From positions 3,414 to 67,413 of the forward strand of contig AP024681.1 in assembly GCA_025999335.1 (NCBI GenBank): a DNA stretch of 64,000 bases, written 5' to 3'. The DNA comes from Candidatus Parcubacteria bacterium (GTDB lineage: Bacteria > Patescibacteriota > Minisyncoccia > UBA6257 > HR35). The notes under the pieces were generated by a model, which saw nothing but the letters and a program-made list of their open reading frames with translations, made no database searches and was not told the DNA's origin. The stretch's first letter is position 1. Every line of letters begins with the position of its first letter. This document shows, one piece after another, positions 18,770 to 28,382 of the stretch. Made by a program: the position numbers and the translations under genes.

Positions 18770-19480
18770 TTATTTTTTATTATTAAAAGGATAAACAAAT
18801 AAATCTTTATTATACAATTTCTTTAAAACATCGCCTTTTAACTCTTTAGCAGGCAAATCGCATATCATACGATGATTTAAGCATAAAACATGAGAAGCAA
18901 AATTATCAATTAATGATAATTCATGGGTAACAATTAAAATGGTAATATTTTTCTCTTGATTCAGTTTTTTAAGAACAACATAAAATTCTTCCTGGCCTGA
19001 TATATCTGTTTCTGAAATGGGTTCATCAAGAATGAGTATTTTAGGATTATTTAATAATGATCTTGCAAATAAAACTCTTTCTAATTGACCGCCTGATAGT
19101 TGATTTAATTTTTTGTCATATAAGTGAGCAATACTAACATATTTATTAACATCATCGATTTTGTCATTAAAATTTTTATCATCAATAATACTAAGATATA
19201 AAAATTCTTTTACAGTTATCGGCAAAAAATTATCAACGGTATATACTTGAGGAACATAACCTATTGAACTTAACATTGATTTATGTTCACCATCTAAAAT
19301 TTTAATTTCACCTTGATAAGGCAATAAACCAATAATTGTTTTTAATAAAGTTGTCTTACCAGCGCCGTTTGGTCCTATAATAACCGTAATCGAACCTTCT
19401 TTAATTTTAAAATTAAGATTTTGAATAATAGGATTATTTACTAGTCTAACTGTTAAATTTTTTACTTCTAAAGCTATCAT
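18770..19480 (-). CDS. znuC: Zn/Mn ABC transporter ATPase
   Basis: GPNGAGKT, GYVPQ, LSGGQ and LDEP motifs. Confidence 0.88.
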   Translation of the reverse strand: MIALEVKNLTVRLVNNPIIQNLNFKIKEGSITVIIGPNGAGKTTLLKTIIGLLPYQGEIKILDGEHKSMLSSIGYVPQVYTVDNFLPITVKEFLYLSIIDDKNFNDKIDDVNKYVSIAHLYDKKLNQLSGGQLERVLFARSLLNNPKILILDEPISETDISGQEEFYVVLKKLNQEKNITILIVTHELSLIDNFASHVLCLNHRMICDLPAKELKGDVLKKLYNKDLFVYPFNNKK

Positions 19481-19493
19481 AATAAATAATTTT

Positions 19494-20384
19494 TTATTCT
19501 AAAGCTTGTTTTAATATATTTATATTATATAAATAGGCATCGAAATAATCAACTTGACGAAAACCTTCTAGAGGATCTAACTCATAAACCTTTAAATTAA
19601 AATTATTAGCAAAAGATAAAATATCATTGTTAATGCTACCATAATCTTTAAAAATTACTTTTATTTTAAATTTATGAATAGCATTAATTAAATTTTGAAT
19701 ATTAGCAAGCGTAGATTCTTTATTCTCCTCTTGAAAAGTAGCAACAATTTCCAAATTTAAATCTTTAGCAAAATAGCGAAAAGATTGATGTTCAGTAATT
19801 ATTTTTCGCTGTTTAATATTTTTTAATTTATCATCAGCAATTTTTTTTATCTCAGCTATTTTTTGTAAAGCTTTATTTAAATTAGCAGTATAATAATCTT
19901 GATTATTTTTATCAATATTCACAACGTTTATATATATATTTTTAAGTATCGCCTCGGCATTAGTAAGTGATAACCAATAATGAGGATCATCTTTAATGAC
20001 AAAAGTTAATTGAGTATTCAAGGGTATAAAATTAACACTATTATTTGAAGGTATTTTCTTTATATTTTCAATCCAATGATCAATGGCTGTTCCTGAATAA
20101 AATATTATTTTAGCCTTTTGAATATTGCTAATGTCTTGAATGCTTAATTCGTAATTATGAGGTTCGTAGCCAGGAGGAACTAAAAGAATAGTTTTTAATT
20201 TATCACCAATAATTTCTTTACCCAAAGAATATAAAGGATAAATAGAAAAACCAACAATTATTGTTTCTGATTCATTGTTAAACGATGCGTTATATTGAGT
20301 AGCTAAATAGATTAAAAAAATTGACAAAAAAGCTAATAAAACAATGCTAACTAAATATAAATAACGTAAATTTTGAAAAAACAT
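19494..20384 (-). CDS. znuA: Zn/Mn ABC transporter substrate-binding protein
   Basis: EPHNYE, DPHYWLS and HQSFRYF motifs. Confidence 0.88.
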   Translation of the reverse strand: MFFQNLRYLYLVSIVLLAFLSIFLIYLATQYNASFNNESETIIVGFSIYPLYSLGKEIIGDKLKTILLVPPGYEPHNYELSIQDISNIQKAKIIFYSGTAIDHWIENIKKIPSNNSVNFIPLNTQLTFVIKDDPHYWLSLTNAEAILKNIYINVVNIDKNNQDYYTANLNKALQKIAEIKKIADDKLKNIKQRKIITEHQSFRYFAKDLNLEIVATFQEENKESTLANIQNLINAIHKFKIKVIFKDYGSINNDILSFANNFNLKVYELDPLEGFRQVDYFDAYLYNINILKQALE

Positions 20385-20405
20385 AGTTAAGGATAAATTA
20401 AATAC

Positions 20406-21407
20406 TTACTTAAGATATTTTTCTATATTTTTTTTATGTTCAGCGTACGACTTAGAAAAAATAGCCTTGCCGTCTTTAGTAGTTAAATAAAAGAAATAAT
20501 CTGAAATTAAAGGTTGGTTAACAGCTTCAATGGCAATTAATCCCGGATTAGAAATTGGTTGAGGTGTTAAACCTGTTTTTTTGCGAGTATTAAAATCACT
20601 ATCCTTTAGCAAATCTTCTTTAGAAAGCGTTGCGGTGCAAAAAGTATATTGACATTTTTCGTAAACTATCGGCGCATCAGCTTCTAACTTATAATTATTC
20701 TTCAGTCTTTTTATCAAAATACCTGCTATAGGAGCAAAATCTTCTTTAATTTTTGCTTCTTTTTCAACAATCGACGCTAAAATCAATCTTTCATATAAAG
20801 AAAAATCGTTACCTTTTAATAATACAGGAAAAGCTTTTTTCATAAAATTATTTAAGATTGCGGTAATAATTTTTTTTTCATTATCAGATGGTAAAAATTC
20901 GTAGGAATCAGGCATTAAGAAACCTTCTAAAGTCGCCGTTGCTGGAAAATAGTCAGTAATTTTAGTTTGGCTAAAATCATTTAAAGTATATTTAGCAAAA
21001 TTAACTTTAAAATTGTTTTTACTAAATAAAGATTGAATTTCACGTAAAGTCATACCTTCAGTAATAGTAATTTTTATCCCCTTACCACCTTTTTCTAATA
21101 AATTAACAACATCAATCAAATTATAAGAACCATGAAACTCGTAAATACCAGCTCGAATAGTAGATTTTTTTAAAAAAATAACAAATCTGAAATAAAATGA
21201 CGATCTTATAATTCCATCTTTCTCTAATTGATGACCCAAGGTAACAACTTTAATATTATTAGGCACGATAACTGTTTTAATATCGCCAATAAAAACAGGA
21301 GCAAAAACAGAATAAATAAAATGAATAAATATAAATGATAAAATAAACAACAAAAAAATAATCGGATAAAGTCTAAAAATTTTATTAATTAAAGCTTCGG
21401 TAGCCAT
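20406..21407 (-). CDS. mltG: Endolytic transglycosylase MltG
   Basis: EGFLMPDSY, LASIVEKEA and GLTPQPISNPG motifs. Confidence 0.93.
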   Translation of the reverse strand: MATEALINKIFRLYPIIFLLFILSFIFIHFIYSVFAPVFIGDIKTVIVPNNIKVVTLGHQLEKDGIIRSSFYFRFVIFLKKSTIRAGIYEFHGSYNLIDVVNLLEKGGKGIKITITEGMTLREIQSLFSKNNFKVNFAKYTLNDFSQTKITDYFPATATLEGFLMPDSYEFLPSDNEKKIITAILNNFMKKAFPVLLKGNDFSLYERLILASIVEKEAKIKEDFAPIAGILIKRLKNNYKLEADAPIVYEKCQYTFCTATLSKEDLLKDSDFNTRKKTGLTPQPISNPGLIAIEAVNQPLISDYFFYLTTKDGKAIFSKSYAEHKKNIEKYLK

Positions 21408-21513
21408 TATTTATTTATTTCGCATTATTATTAGGATATGATAAAATTATACATTATTTTTACTAAATATTGAATAAAACTTATTTTCTTTAATATATAT
21501 TTTTAATCACAAA

Positions 21514-23442
21514 ATGGATTATTTTAAATTATTTTCGGATTTTAAACCGACTGGAGATCAACCTGAAGCTATAAAAAAGCTGGTTTTTGGCTTAAATAAA
21601 AAATATAAATATCAAACTCTTCTTGGCGTTACAGGAAGCGGCAAAACTTACACAATGGCTTCTGTTATTGAAAAAAGTCAACGACCAGCCCTTATATTAT
21701 CACCAAATAAAATTTTGGCAGCTCAATTATATCAGGAATTTAAATCTTTCTTTAAAGAAAATTCTGTTCACTATTTTGTTAGTTATTATGATTATTATCG
21801 CCCCGAAGCTTATTTACCCGAATCTGATACTTATATATCTAAAGATGCTCGAATTAATGATATTTTAGACCAATTAAGACACGCAACTATTCAAAGTATC
21901 TTAAACAAAGAAAAATTTATCATTGTTTCTTCAATATCTTGTATTTATGGAATTGGCGATCCTGAAGAATATAAAAACATTTGTTTAGAAATTTACATAG
22001 GCAAAAAAATAACTCTTCAATCATTAATAGATTATTTGAATACTCTTCAATACCAAAAAACTAATTTTAATGAAATCAAAACTAGCTCTTATGCTATTCA
22101 GCAAGATAATAAAATAAAAAAAATATTTATTAGCAATCCAGATGGATCTTATATCTTAGAATTAATCCATAACAAGAATACAATTGAAAAAATTAATAAA
22201 TATATTATTAAGTTAAACAAACAAGACATAACAATTGACCAAATCATTGCTTCTAAAGCTTATAACCTTGAAAGAATTAAAATTTTTCCAGCAAAATTTT
22301 TTGTTACTCCTAAAGAAAAACTATCTTTGGCAATTTTGAACATCAAACAAGAATTAAAAGAACGATATTGGCAATTATTAGGCGAAGGTAGAATAGTTGA
22401 AGCTGAAAGATTAAAACAAAGAACTTTACTAGATTTAGAAATGTTAGAAAAAAATGGTTATTGTAATGGAATAGAAAATTATTCCCGGCATTTATCTTTT
22501 CGTCAACCAGGTGAACCTCCTTACACTCTTCTCAATTTTTTACCTGAAGAAACAATTATTTTTATAGACGAATCCCATTTATCAATACCTCAATTACGCG
22601 CTATGTCTATAGGCGATAGAAAAAGAAAAGAAACTTTAGTCGCCTATGGATGGAGACTGCCTTCAGCTATTGACAATAGACCTTTAACATTTAATGAATT
22701 TTTTAATCATAATTTTCAAATGATTTTTGTCTCAGCAACGCCTGGACCTTTTGAAACAAAAATATCGCAACAAATCGTTGAACAATTAATTAGACCAACT
22801 GGAATTGTTGATCCTGAAATTCAAATCAAGCCTACTCAAAATCAAATATTAGACTTATTAACAGAAATTCAAGAGAGAATTAAAAATAATCAGAGAATTT
22901 TAGTTTTAACCTTAACTAAACAATCAGCGGAAAATTTAACTGAATTCTTATTGAAAAATAATATTAAAGCCCATTATTTACATTCTGATATCAAAACATT
23001 AGAAAGAATAGAAATTATTAAAAATTTAAGAATGGGCAATATTGAAGTTTTAGTTGGTGTTAATTTATTAAGGGAAGGATTAGATTTACCCGAAGTATCT
23101 TTGGTTGCCATCTTAGATGCTGATCGAGAAGGATTTTTGCGAAACACCACAACTCTTATTCAAGCAATAGGTAGAAGCGCTCGTCATATAGCCGGCAAGG
23201 TTATTTTATATGCCGATAAAATTACTAAATCTATTGAAAAAGCTATCAAAGAAACAAATAGACGTCGCGATTATCAAATTAAATTTAATCTTAATAATAA
23301 TATCGTTCCCAAACAAATTATTAAAGATGTCAATGTTTTAAATGTAAATGTGTTTAACAATTACAAAAAAGAAGTCTTTGTTAAAGAAGAATTAGAAATT
23401 TTTATTAAAGAAGAATTATCTCAATTAAATGAAGAGGTTTAA
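21514..23442 (+). CDS. uvrB: Excinuclease ABC subunit B
   Basis: GDQPEAI, GVTGSGKT, YFVSYYDYY and LREGLDLPEV motifs. Confidence 0.96.
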   Translation: MDYFKLFSDFKPTGDQPEAIKKLVFGLNKKYKYQTLLGVTGSGKTYTMASVIEKSQRPALILSPNKILAAQLYQEFKSFFKENSVHYFVSYYDYYRPEAYLPESDTYISKDARINDILDQLRHATIQSILNKEKFIIVSSISCIYGIGDPEEYKNICLEIYIGKKITLQSLIDYLNTLQYQKTNFNEIKTSSYAIQQDNKIKKIFISNPDGSYILELIHNKNTIEKINKYIIKLNKQDITIDQIIASKAYNLERIKIFPAKFFVTPKEKLSLAILNIKQELKERYWQLLGEGRIVEAERLKQRTLLDLEMLEKNGYCNGIENYSRHLSFRQPGEPPYTLLNFLPEETIIFIDESHLSIPQLRAMSIGDRKRKETLVAYGWRLPSAIDNRPLTFNEFFNHNFQMIFVSATPGPFETKISQQIVEQLIRPTGIVDPEIQIKPTQNQILDLLTEIQERIKNNQRILVLTLTKQSAENLTEFLLKNNIKAHYLHSDIKTLERIEIIKNLRMGNIEVLVGVNLLREGLDLPEVSLVAILDADREGFLRNTTTLIQAIGRSARHIAGKVILYADKITKSIEKAIKETNRRRDYQIKFNLNNNIVPKQIIKDVNVLNVNVFNNYKKEVFVKEELEIFIKEELSQLNEEV

Positions 23443-23469
23443 ATTCACCTTCTTTGATATAATTAAAGT

Positions 23470-23994
23470 ATGGCTAAAAAAGGCGTTTTATTGAAAACTT
23501 ATTACAAAATTATTCTTTTATGCATAGTTTTTCTAATTATTTTTATTGGCTCGATCATTATTATTTATTTTTACTATCAAACAATCATAACCAAAACAGA
23601 TAAAATTTATAATTTAAAAGAACAAATTGAACAAGTTAAAATTAATATTAATCAAAAAAAAGAACTAAAAAAAATTAATGAGCATTTCGAAGCAACAGCT
23701 GGAAAATCATTAATGTCCATACTCAGTAATATTGATCTAAAAGAAAAACGAACTTATAATGAAATTAACGAACTGCTAATCAATTTTATTAATGCAAATA
23801 AATGGCAAGTTATTACTTATGATGTTAATCCCAATGCTAAAACAACAATGATATCCATAGTTATTCCTTCAGAAGAAGGCGCAAAACAGTTATGGCAATT
23901 TCTTAAAAGAGAATTAATAATCTTTTATTTGACTAATTTTAAAGTTATTAAACAAGATAATAATTATTTAGTTAATATTGTCTTTAAACTTTAA
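23470..23994 (+). CDS. Hypothetical membrane-anchored protein (PilO/PilN-like architecture)
   Basis: N-terminal TM helix, coiled coil, then a small alpha/beta domain. Confidence 0.4.
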   Translation: MAKKGVLLKTYYKIILLCIVFLIIFIGSIIIIYFYYQTIITKTDKIYNLKEQIEQVKININQKKELKKINEHFEATAGKSLMSILSNIDLKEKRTYNEINELLINFINANKWQVITYDVNPNAKTTMISIVIPSEEGAKQLWQFLKRELIIFYLTNFKVIKQDNNYLVNIVFKL

Positions 23995-24000
23995 TTTACT

Positions 24001-24207
24001 ATGAAAAAAATTCGTCTTCTTATAGCTACTATTTATATCGTCTTGCTCTTAATCATAACTTTAACTGATAGTTTTTTCATAATTAAAAGCGTGATTAACG
24101 GCAGTAATAAATATTTTAAGAAAGTAGAATTGCAATCAATGCCCTCGCTTTCTAATGGAGAAATAAATCAAACGATAAATTTACTTAAATATTTTAATCA
24201 GCTATAA
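24001..24207 (+). CDS. Small hypothetical membrane protein
   Basis: 68-aa ORF with an N-terminal TM helix, co-oriented with the previous gene. Confidence 0.5.
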   Translation: MKKIRLLIATIYIVLLLIITLTDSFFIIKSVINGSNKYFKKVELQSMPSLSNGEINQTINLLKYFNQL

Positions 24208-24257
24208 ATAATTTAAACGAAGTATGCTATAATAATATTAATATAATATTATATATT

Positions 24258-24330
24258 GCCCCCTTAGCTCAATTGGAAGAGCGGCTCCCTTCTAAGGAGT
24301 AGGTTGGAGGTTCGAATCCTCCAGGGGGCG
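24258..24330 (+). tRNA. tRNA-Arg(TCT)
   Basis: GCCCCCT/AGGGGGC acceptor stem, anticodon loop CTTCTAA, GTTCGAATC T-arm. Confidence 0.95.
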
Positions 24331-24423
24331 CTATATGTGTTTGTAATTTTCATAAATTATATTGATTAAGTATTCATTTATTTATAAATTTTATTTATTA
24401 GCAAACCAACTTTTAATTTTCTA

Positions 24424-25920
24424 ATGGAAGAATTAATCCCTAAAATAGGCTTAGAAATTCACCTTGAACTAGAGACAAAATCGAAACTTTTCTGCAATTG
24501 TCCCAATCCTATTTATGGTAATAAAGATATTACCGAGTTAACTCCCAATTCTTTTATTTGCTCAATTTGCGTTGGACAACCAGGTGTATTGCCTGTTGTC
24601 AATAAACAAGCAGTTGTTTATGCTTATTCTTTAGCTAAAGTACTGAAAATGACAATTAATAACAAAAGCATTTTTGCTCGCAAACACTACTTTTATCCTG
24701 ATTTACCTAAAGGCTATCAAATTTCTCAATATGAATTACCATTAGCTATCAATGGCGAAGTTATTTTATTCAACAATAATCTTCATAAAAAAATAAAAAT
24801 AAGAAGGTTGCACATTGAGGAAGATACGGCTAAAACTATCCATTATGATAAATACAGTCTTATAGATTTTAATCGTAGCGGCATACCTTTAATAGAAATT
24901 GTTACCGAGCCTGATTTCAATTCTGTCGATGAGGTTGTTTTATTTGCTGAAGATTTTGTTCTATTAATAAGACATCTTGGCATATCTTCAGCTGATTTAG
25001 AAAAAGGCCAAATACGTTTTGAAGCTAATATTTCTTTAGGCAAAGGTCAAGCTTTAGGTACAAAAGTTGAAATAAAAAATATAGGATCAATCCAATCATT
25101 AAAAGATGCCGTAATTTATGAAATTAATCGACAAAAAGAGCTTATTTCAAATAATAAAATAATTATTCAAGAAACGCGCGGTTTTGATGAAATAAAAAGA
25201 GTAACTTTCTCTCAAAGAATAAAAGAAGAAGCAGAAGATTATCGTTATTTTCCAGAACCAGATTTACCGCCTTTAGTTATTGACGAAGAAATCGTTAAAG
25301 AATCTTTATCTATCGAAACGCCCTGGGATAAAAAAATCAGATTTAACCAAGAATATGAATTAAATATTAATATTTGCGAAATACTCGTCAAAGATAAAAT
25401 TTTAAGTCATTTTTTTGAAGAAAGTTTTTCAGAGCTATATAAATTAACTAATAATAAAGAAAAAACAAAAGAGTTAATAACTAACTTTCTTGTTAACGAT
25501 ATCATAGGATTTATAGAAAAAAAATTTAAAACTGACAATAAAAATACAAGACAAATTGATTTAGAAAAATTTATTAAACCTCACGAATTTGCTCATTTAT
25601 TATTTAATTTTCTTCAAGGTAAAATATCTTCAAAGATTGTTAAAGAAGCTTTAGAAAAATCTATCGGTGGCGAATTGCAAATAGAAGAATTTATTAAAGC
25701 TAGGGAAAAAATAAGCGATATTGAAATCTTAAATACAGTTATTGATGATATTATTAAAGAAAATAATAAAACTGTCAATGAATATTTAAACGGCAACCAA
25801 AAGTCGTTTGAATTTTTGATTGGTCAAATTATGAAAAAAACTCAAGGAAGAGCTGATCCAATTTTAATAAGAAATATTTTAAAAGATAAACTTAATGACA
25901 TAGAAAAAGTGAAAAAATAA
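24424..25920 (+). CDS. gatB: Asp/Glu-tRNA amidotransferase subunit B
   Basis: IGLEIH, RKHYFYPDLPKGYQISQ and DYRYFPEPDL motifs. Confidence 0.97.
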   Translation: MEELIPKIGLEIHLELETKSKLFCNCPNPIYGNKDITELTPNSFICSICVGQPGVLPVVNKQAVVYAYSLAKVLKMTINNKSIFARKHYFYPDLPKGYQISQYELPLAINGEVILFNNNLHKKIKIRRLHIEEDTAKTIHYDKYSLIDFNRSGIPLIEIVTEPDFNSVDEVVLFAEDFVLLIRHLGISSADLEKGQIRFEANISLGKGQALGTKVEIKNIGSIQSLKDAVIYEINRQKELISNNKIIIQETRGFDEIKRVTFSQRIKEEAEDYRYFPEPDLPPLVIDEEIVKESLSIETPWDKKIRFNQEYELNINICEILVKDKILSHFFEESFSELYKLTNNKEKTKELITNFLVNDIIGFIEKKFKTDNKNTRQIDLEKFIKPHEFAHLLFNFLQGKISSKIVKEALEKSIGGELQIEEFIKAREKISDIEILNTVIDDIIKENNKTVNEYLNGNQKSFEFLIGQIMKKTQGRADPILIRNILKDKLNDIEKVKK

Positions 25921-25941
25921 TAAGTTTTTTAGTTTATAGCG

Positions 25942-26727
25942 ATGGAGCAACAAGATATTAAAAGTATTATTTTAAATATTTATGCCGGCGTTGGCGGTAA
26001 GGATGCTGAAGATTGGGTAGGAATGTTAAAAAGAATGTACGAAAAATTTTTTCAAAGAGTAAAATTTAAATATTTTCTTGTCGATGAAAGCAAAAATGAA
26101 TTTAATGGTTACAAATATGTAAGCTTACAAGTAATTGACAATAATGCTTACAATCTTTTGAAAGATGAAAAAGGTGTTCACCGATTAGTGCGCATTTCTC
26201 CTTTCTCAGCAAAAAAATTGCGTCACACAAGTTTCGCTTATGTTGAAGTTCTACCTCTAATAGAAAAACCGAAATTCGTACTTAATAATAATGACATCGT
26301 TGTTCAAACATATCGAGCTGGTGGTAAAGGCGGACAAAATGTCAATAAAGTAGAAACAGCAGTGCGTCTTATATACAAACCCCTTAATTTAGTAGTTTCT
26401 TGTCAGAATGAAAGATCTCAATTTAAAAATAAAGAATTAGCGTTAAAAATACTCTATTCTAAAATTGTTGATATTTTAAATGAAAAACATAAAAATAAAA
26501 TTGACGAGCTAAAAGGCGCAAAAATAGAAATTGGCTGGGGTAATCAAACAAGATCTTATATTTTAGATCCTTACAAATTAGTCAAAGATTTAAAACATAA
26601 TAAAGAAACGAATAAAGTTAATGATGTTTTAGATGGTTATCTAGAATTAATCAATCCAACCATTGAGACATTTATTAATCAATTTAAAACTAAACAACAA
26701 AATTATTCGACGCACTACATTGGATAG
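25942..26727 (+). CDS. prfB: Peptide chain release factor 2, N-terminally short
   Basis: [11 protein letters not shown] (SPF motif), GGQNVNK and SCQNERSQ. Confidence 0.9.
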   Translation: MEQQDIKSIILNIYAGVGGKDAEDWVGMLKRMYEKFFQRVKFKYFLVDESKNEFNGYKYVSLQVIDNNAYNLLKDEKGVHRLVRISPFSAKKLRHTSFAYVEVLPLIEKPKFVLNNNDIVVQTYRAGGKGGQNVNKVETAVRLIYKPLNLVVSCQNERSQFKNKELALKILYSKIVDILNEKHKNKIDELKGAKIEIGWGNQTRSYILDPYKLVKDLKHNKETNKVNDVLDGYLELINPTIETFINQFKTKQQNYSTHYIG

Positions 26728-26760
26728 GTCGTTATGAATAAAATATGTTACAATAATTAA

Positions 26761-27447
26761 ATGATAATTTTTAAAAATATTTCTAAAATTTATGGAGAAA
26801 ATACTGTTGCTTTAGATAATATTAGCTTTGAAATTAAAAGCGGAGAATTTGTTTTAATTATAGGCAAATCAGGAGCGGGGAAAACAACGGTCTTAAAAAT
26901 TTTAAGAAGAGAAGAAGAGCCTACAAAAGGTAATGTTTTTTATAAAAATAGAAATTTGCTAGAAATTCCCCATAGACGCCTTGGAGAAATTAGAAGAAAA
27001 ATAGCTATTATTCATCAAGATTTTAAACTACTTGAAAAGCGAACTGTTCTTGAAAACATAGCTTTACCCTTAGAGATTGCTAGTAAAATGTCGTTTAAGG
27101 ATATTAAAAATGAAGTAATTAAAATAGCTGAAAGACTTAGACTAAAAAGAAAATTAAATCAAATTGTCAAAACTTTATCAGGTGGCGAAAAACAAAAAGT
27201 TTGTTTAGCAAGATCTTTAATTATGAAACCTGAAGTTCTTTTAGCCGATGAACCAACGGGTAATTTAGATATTTTAGGAACTTTTGAAATTTTAGAAATT
27301 TTAAAAAATTTAAATAATGATGGTATTACAATTGTTTTAGCAACACATAATAAAGATATAGTCGAAACTTTAAAAACCAGAGTCTTAACCTTTAATAATG
27401 GTCGTTTAATAAAAGATGAAAATCCAGGCACTTTCAGTTTATTATAA
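26761..27447 (+). CDS. ftsE: Cell division ATP-binding protein FtsE
   Basis: GKSGAGKT, QDFKLL and LADEPTGNLD motifs; upstream of ftsX. Confidence 0.9.
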   Translation: MIIFKNISKIYGENTVALDNISFEIKSGEFVLIIGKSGAGKTTVLKILRREEEPTKGNVFYKNRNLLEIPHRRLGEIRRKIAIIHQDFKLLEKRTVLENIALPLEIASKMSFKDIKNEVIKIAERLRLKRKLNQIVKTLSGGEKQKVCLARSLIMKPEVLLADEPTGNLDILGTFEILEILKNLNNDGITIVLATHNKDIVETLKTRVLTFNNGRLIKDENPGTFSLL

Positions 27448-27457
27448 TCAGTAAGCA

Positions 27458-28366
27458 ATGATTCATTACTTAATCAAAACAACTAAAGCTGCTTATAATA
27501 TTTTTCGCCATGAAAAAATCATAACTATTGTTAATATAGGTATTACTATAGTTATTGCTTTTTTTCTTTGGTCATCAATATTAAGTTTTGAGTTTTTAAA
27601 TAAAACTATAGTTTTTTTAGAAGATAAATTAAATTTTTCCATTTATTTCAATAAAAATACGCCTCCTGAAGAAATCAATAAAATTCAAAGAATTTTAGAA
27701 AATTATAATGGAGTTACGGAAGTTACTTTAGTGACTCGCGAGATGGCGATAGAAAAATTCAAAAATCAAATAGCTGGAGAACCTATAATTTTAAAAGCTT
27801 TGCAAGAAGTAAATATTAATCCTTTAAATGATTACTTAATTGTTAAAGCTGATAATCCGGAAGTTTATGGACGCATTGCTGATTATTTACAATCAAGTCC
27901 TAATAAAAATTTTATTGAAAGCATTAATTATGCTGAAAATAGAAAAATAATAGATAAGATTGTCAATGTTTCTAAAAAATTTCAATTGATGTCAGTAACC
28001 ATAATTTCAATCATCGCTTTTCTGTCCTTATTAATTATTTTTAATACAACTCTTGTATCAATATATTCTCAAAAAGACTATATTGAAATTTTACGTCTTA
28101 TAGGAGCAGGGAATTGGTTTATTCGGCTACCTTTCTTAATAAATTCTTTTTTTGTTGTTTTAACTGGATATGTAATATTTTTTATATTATTTTGGATATT
28201 TTTATCACAAACATATTCATTTTGGTTACAATTAATGCCTAATTTTAATCCTAAAGCATTTATATGGAATAACATTGTATATTTAAATTTAAGCATTTTT
28301 TCAATTATTTTAATTATGAATTGGATCGGCAATTTTTTAGCTATAAGAAAATATCTTAAAATTTAA
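27458..28366 (+). CDS. ftsX: Cell division permease FtsX
   Basis: 4-TM topology; EILRLIGAGNWFIRLPF motif. Confidence 0.9.
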   Translation: MIHYLIKTTKAAYNIFRHEKIITIVNIGITIVIAFFLWSSILSFEFLNKTIVFLEDKLNFSIYFNKNTPPEEINKIQRILENYNGVTEVTLVTREMAIEKFKNQIAGEPIILKALQEVNINPLNDYLIVKADNPEVYGRIADYLQSSPNKNFIESINYAENRKIIDKIVNVSKKFQLMSVTIISIIAFLSLLIIFNTTLVSIYSQKDYIEILRLIGAGNWFIRLPFLINSFFVVLTGYVIFFILFWIFLSQTYSFWLQLMPNFNPKAFIWNNIVYLNLSIFSIILIMNWIGNFLAIRKYLKI

Positions 28367-28382
28367 AAAAATCTAAATTAAA

